Source: Bacillota bacterium
GTDB taxonomy: Bacteria; Bacillota; Clostridia; Monoglobales; Firm-18
Assembly (NCBI GenBank): GCA_023228885.1
Contig: JALOAJ010000002.1
Location: 53,955-117,954 of the forward strand
Direction: 5' to 3'
DNA length: 64,000 nucleotides
Made by a program: the position numbers and the translations under genes. The stretch's first letter is position 1, and every line of letters starts with the position of its first letter. This document shows positions 60,606-64,000 of the stretch, one piece after another. Under the pieces are notes generated by a model that worked only from the letters and a program-made list of their open reading frames with translations, made no database searches and was not told where the DNA came from.

Positions 60606-61778
60606 ATGCAAAAATATTTTACATCCGAATCTGTAACGGAAGGGCATCCCGATAAAATTTGCGACCGCATATCCGACTCTGTTTTAGATGCCATATTGGC
60701 GCAGGATAAATACGCGCGCGTAGCTTGCGAGGTGGCTTGCACCACAGGGCTTGTTCTTGTTATGGGTGAAATTTCGACCAACTGTTATATTGACATTCAA
60801 AAAATTGCAAGAAAAGCAATTCGCGATGTGGGTTACACACGGGCAAAATACGGCTTTGATTCCGATACATGCGCCGTTATAACCGCGATTGACGAACAAT
60901 CGCCCGACATTGCGCTTGGCGTAAACAAATCAATGGAATGCAAATTAGGCGAATGTGACGGATTGGATATAGGCGCAGGTGACCAAGGGATGGTTTTCGG
61001 CTTTGCTTGCGATGAAACGGAGGAACTTATGCCGCTGCCCATTTCGCTTGCGCATAAGCTTGCAAAGCGCCTTTCGGACATACGAAAGGAAAAGGTGGTT
61101 GATTACCTCAGACCGGACGGAAAAACGCAAGTAACGGTAGAATACGACGGGCATACCCCTTTGAGGGTAGATGCCGTTGTCGTTTCGGCGCAGCATAGCG
61201 AAGAGGTTTCTCGTGAAACGCTAAAAAAGGATATCATCGAGCATGTTATTAAAAAGATAATACCGCAAAATCTTTTGGATGATAAAACAAAAATATTTGT
61301 AAACCCTACCGGAAAGTTTGTAACGGGCGGTCCGAACGGCGATTCGGGGCTTACGGGTCGTAAAATTATTGTAGACACATACGGCGGTTATTCCCGGCAC
61401 GGCGGTGGCGCGTTTTCCGGAAAAGACCCTACAAAGGTTGACCGTAGCGCAAGCTACGCAGCGCGATATATAGCAAAAAATGTTGTTGCTGCCGGGCTTG
61501 CCAAAAAGTGCGAAATACAAATTGCATACGCAATAGGCATTGCCAAACCGCTCAGCGTGTTGGTTGAAACCTTTGGAACCGAAACTATACCGGTCGTTGA
61601 AATCCAAAAGAGAATATTAAATGTTTTTGACCTTCGCCCCTCCTCTATCATCGAAACGCTTGATTTGCGCCGCCCGATTTACGCAGACACATCAGCATAC
61701 GGGCATTTCGGGCGAACAGACATCGAATTACCATGGGAAAAATGCGATAAAGTTCAACAGTTGAAAGATTGTATTTAA
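60606..61778 (+). CDS. metK: S-adenosylmethionine synthase
   Basis: [42 protein letters not shown]; ATG 6 nt after GGAGGA (the track start at 60519 is an extension into the upstream gene). Confidence 0.96.
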   Translation: MQKYFTSESVTEGHPDKICDRISDSVLDAILAQDKYARVACEVACTTGLVLVMGEISTNCYIDIQKIARKAIRDVGYTRAKYGFDSDTCAVITAIDEQSPDIALGVNKSMECKLGECDGLDIGAGDQGMVFGFACDETEELMPLPISLAHKLAKRLSDIRKEKVVDYLRPDGKTQVTVEYDGHTPLRVDAVVVSAQHSEEVSRETLKKDIIEHVIKKIIPQNLLDDKTKIFVNPTGKFVTGGPNGDSGLTGRKIIVDTYGGYSRHGGGAFSGKDPTKVDRSASYAARYIAKNVVAAGLAKKCEIQIAYAIGIAKPLSVLVETFGTETIPVVEIQKRILNVFDLRPSSIIETLDLRRPIYADTSAYGHFGRTDIELPWEKCDKVQQLKDCI

Positions 61779-61819
61779 ATGTGTTATTCTTTTTGTAATA
61801 AAGTAAGTGGGAGATGACA

Positions 61820-63991
61820 ATGTCTTACATCAAACAACCTATCACACAAACGCTTGAGCAAAACTATATGCCGTATGCCATGAGCGTTATTATTTCGCGT
61901 GCCATACCCGAAATTGACGGTTTTAAGCCTTCACACAGAAAACTCCTTTATACAATGTATAAAATGGGGCTGCTTAGCGGTAACCGAACAAAATCGGCAA
62001 ATGTGGTTGGGCAAACAATGAAGCTAAACCCGCATGGCGACGCGGCAATATATGAAACCCTTGTGCGCCTTACGGAAGGCAACAATGCCCTTTTGCACCC
62101 GTTTGTTGACAGCAAGGGAAACTTCGGAAAACAATATTCGCGCGATATGGCATATGCCGCCTCTCGTTATACAGAGGTTAAATTAAGCGATATTTGCAGC
62201 GAAGTGTTTTCGGATATAGATAAAAACACAGTTGATTTTGTCGATAACTATGACGGCACAATGCAAGAGCCATCATTGCTGCCCACTCGATTTCCGAATA
62301 TATTGGTTAACCCAAGCCAAGGCATCGCCGTTGGCATGGCATCTAACCTGTGCAGCTTTAATTTAAAAGAGATATGCGACACAACAGTAGCATACTTAAA
62401 AAATCCGAAGTGTGACATCGCAAAAACGCTCATAGCTCCCGATTTTTCGACAGGTGCGGAGCTTATTTACGATGCCGATATTATCAACGAAATTTACGAA
62501 ACGGGCAGAGGAAGCATAAAAGTTAGGGCAAAATATTCTTATGATAAAAAAAGCAACTGCATTGATATAACAGAAATTCCGTATACCACAACGGTAGAGG
62601 CAATAATAGATAAGATTATTGATTTAATGAAGCAAGGAAAGCTCCGTGAGGTTTCGGATGTGCGTGACGAAACGGACCTGCATGGTTTAAAGCTGACCAT
62701 TGACTTAAAAAGGGGCGCTGATATTGACAAGCTTATGGCGTTTCTTTTTAAGTTTACTCCGCTTACCGACACTTTCGGTTGCAACTTTAACATATTAGTA
62801 GGTAGTATGCCTAAAGTTATGGGCATTAGGGAAATTTTATACGAATGGACTGCCTTTCGCATAAACTGCATTAAACGGCTGCTTGCTTTTGATATACAAA
62901 AGAAAAGCGACAGGCTGCATCTGCTTTTGGGGCTTGAAAAAATCCTTTTAGACATTGATAAGGCAATAAAAATAATACGCAATACCGAACGAGAAAGTGA
63001 AGTTGTGCAAAACCTTATGGATGGCTTTAGCATTGATGCAATACAAGCGGAGTATATTGCCGAAATAAAGCTGCGTAATATTAATAAAGAATACATATTA
63101 AAACGAATTCAGGATATTGAAAACATAATAGATGAAATTTCTTCCCTTCGCGCCACTCTTGGCGACGAAGCTAAAATAAAAGAGCTTATAATAAAACAAT
63201 TAAAAGAAATTTCAAAAAAATACGGAAAACCACGGCGCACAACGGTAATTGAGTCGGATAAAGTCGAAGAATATGTTGAGGAGCAATTTATAGAGGATTA
63301 TAACATAACGGTGTTTTTAACGCGTGATGGCTATTTTAAAAAAATTACGCATGCCTCTTTGCGTGCCGCCTCCGAGCAAAAACTTAAGGAAAACGATGAA
63401 ATCGTATACAGCTTAGACACCGTTAATAAATCGGAAATGCTTGTTTTCACCGATAAGTCTACCGTTTATAAAGCAAAAACCCATGAAATCAGCGATTGTA
63501 AAGCAAGCCAGCTTGGCGAGTTTCTTCCCGCATTGCTTGATATGGATGATGATGAAAATGTGTCGGGCATCATTATGACAACCGATTATAACGGGTATGC
63601 GCTGTTTTGCTTTGAAAACGGAAAAATGGCAAAGGTTAATATCAACGCTTATGCAACGAAACAAAACAGAAAAAAGCTTGCCAACGCATATAGTGACGCT
63701 TCACCGCTTGTAAAGGTACTGCATTTTAATGAGGAAGTTGATTTGGCAGCCCTTTCAAGCAATAACAAGGTGTTGGTCTTTAATACCTCCTCCATTGCGC
63801 TAAAATCAACCCGCAACTCACAGGGTGTAAATGTAATTAAGCTTAGAAAAACAGCTGTGCTTTCCGATGTCAAGCGAACAGAGGATATGAAGCTAATTGA
63901 CGCTAAATACTACAAAACAAAAAACATTCCCGCCTCCGGTTGTTTTTTACGCAAGGAAGACAGCAAAGCACAACAAATAAGCCTGTTTTAA
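61820..63991 (+). CDS. Type IIA topoisomerase subunit A (ParC/GyrA-like, divergent short form)
   Basis: GFKPSHRKLLY, NPHGDAAIYETLVRL, catalytic Tyr context AASRYTEVKL; short (~240-aa) C-terminal beta-pinwheel without a QRRGGKG GyrA box. Confidence 0.85.
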   Translation: MSYIKQPITQTLEQNYMPYAMSVIISRAIPEIDGFKPSHRKLLYTMYKMGLLSGNRTKSANVVGQTMKLNPHGDAAIYETLVRLTEGNNALLHPFVDSKGNFGKQYSRDMAYAASRYTEVKLSDICSEVFSDIDKNTVDFVDNYDGTMQEPSLLPTRFPNILVNPSQGIAVGMASNLCSFNLKEICDTTVAYLKNPKCDIAKTLIAPDFSTGAELIYDADIINEIYETGRGSIKVRAKYSYDKKSNCIDITEIPYTTTVEAIIDKIIDLMKQGKLREVSDVRDETDLHGLKLTIDLKRGADIDKLMAFLFKFTPLTDTFGCNFNILVGSMPKVMGIREILYEWTAFRINCIKRLLAFDIQKKSDRLHLLLGLEKILLDIDKAIKIIRNTERESEVVQNLMDGFSIDAIQAEYIAEIKLRNINKEYILKRIQDIENIIDEISSLRATLGDEAKIKELIIKQLKEISKKYGKPRRTTVIESDKVEEYVEEQFIEDYNITVFLTRDGYFKKITHASLRAASEQKLKENDEIVYSLDTVNKSEMLVFTDKSTVYKAKTHEISDCKASQLGEFLPALLDMDDDENVSGIIMTTDYNGYALFCFENGKMAKVNINAYATKQNRKKLANAYSDASPLVKVLHFNEEVDLAALSSNNKVLVFNTSSIALKSTRNSQGVNVIKLRKTAVLSDVKRTEDMKLIDAKYYKTKNIPASGCFLRKEDSKAQQISLF

Positions 63992-64000
63992 TAAATAGGG

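Overview
This window reads as a contiguous, densely packed core-chromosome segment of a low/mid-GC Firmicute, most likely of the class Clostridia. Supporting markers are spoVG, addAB, darA-holB-ricT, a long Bacillus-type SRP RNA directly upstream of dnaX-ybaB-recR, a SigV/RsiV-like ECF pair, der-plsY-gpsA and yceD-rpmF. About 58 protein genes, one SRP RNA and one tRNA-Ile(GAU) are supported. Nearly all are housekeeping genes for replication and repair, translation, cell division (ftsEX, M23 peptidase, S41 peptidase), central carbon metabolism and cell envelope. I recognised no transposase, integrase, phage gene, CRISPR array, restriction-modification system, toxin-antitoxin pair or known defence gene. 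I did not find a convincing new multi-gene system and I do not want to overstate that. What remains unexplained is small in scale. (1) A 124-nt nested three-stem palindromic element lies between spoVG and addB. (2) A mirror pair of long hairpins, each built around TGGTATAAT, lies upstream of an orphan Noc-type ParB gene. (3) A perfect TTGACA-17-TATAAT promoter is placed so that yceD-rpmF would be leaderless. (4) A ThrRS lacking the TGS domain and any T-box is translationally coupled to a ClpE-like unfoldase. (5) ComEC has a degenerate metallo-beta-lactamase domain. (6) Two family-less proteins flank greA-lysS. All protein identifications come from motif and sequence recognition by eye against remembered family members. 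No database search was run.
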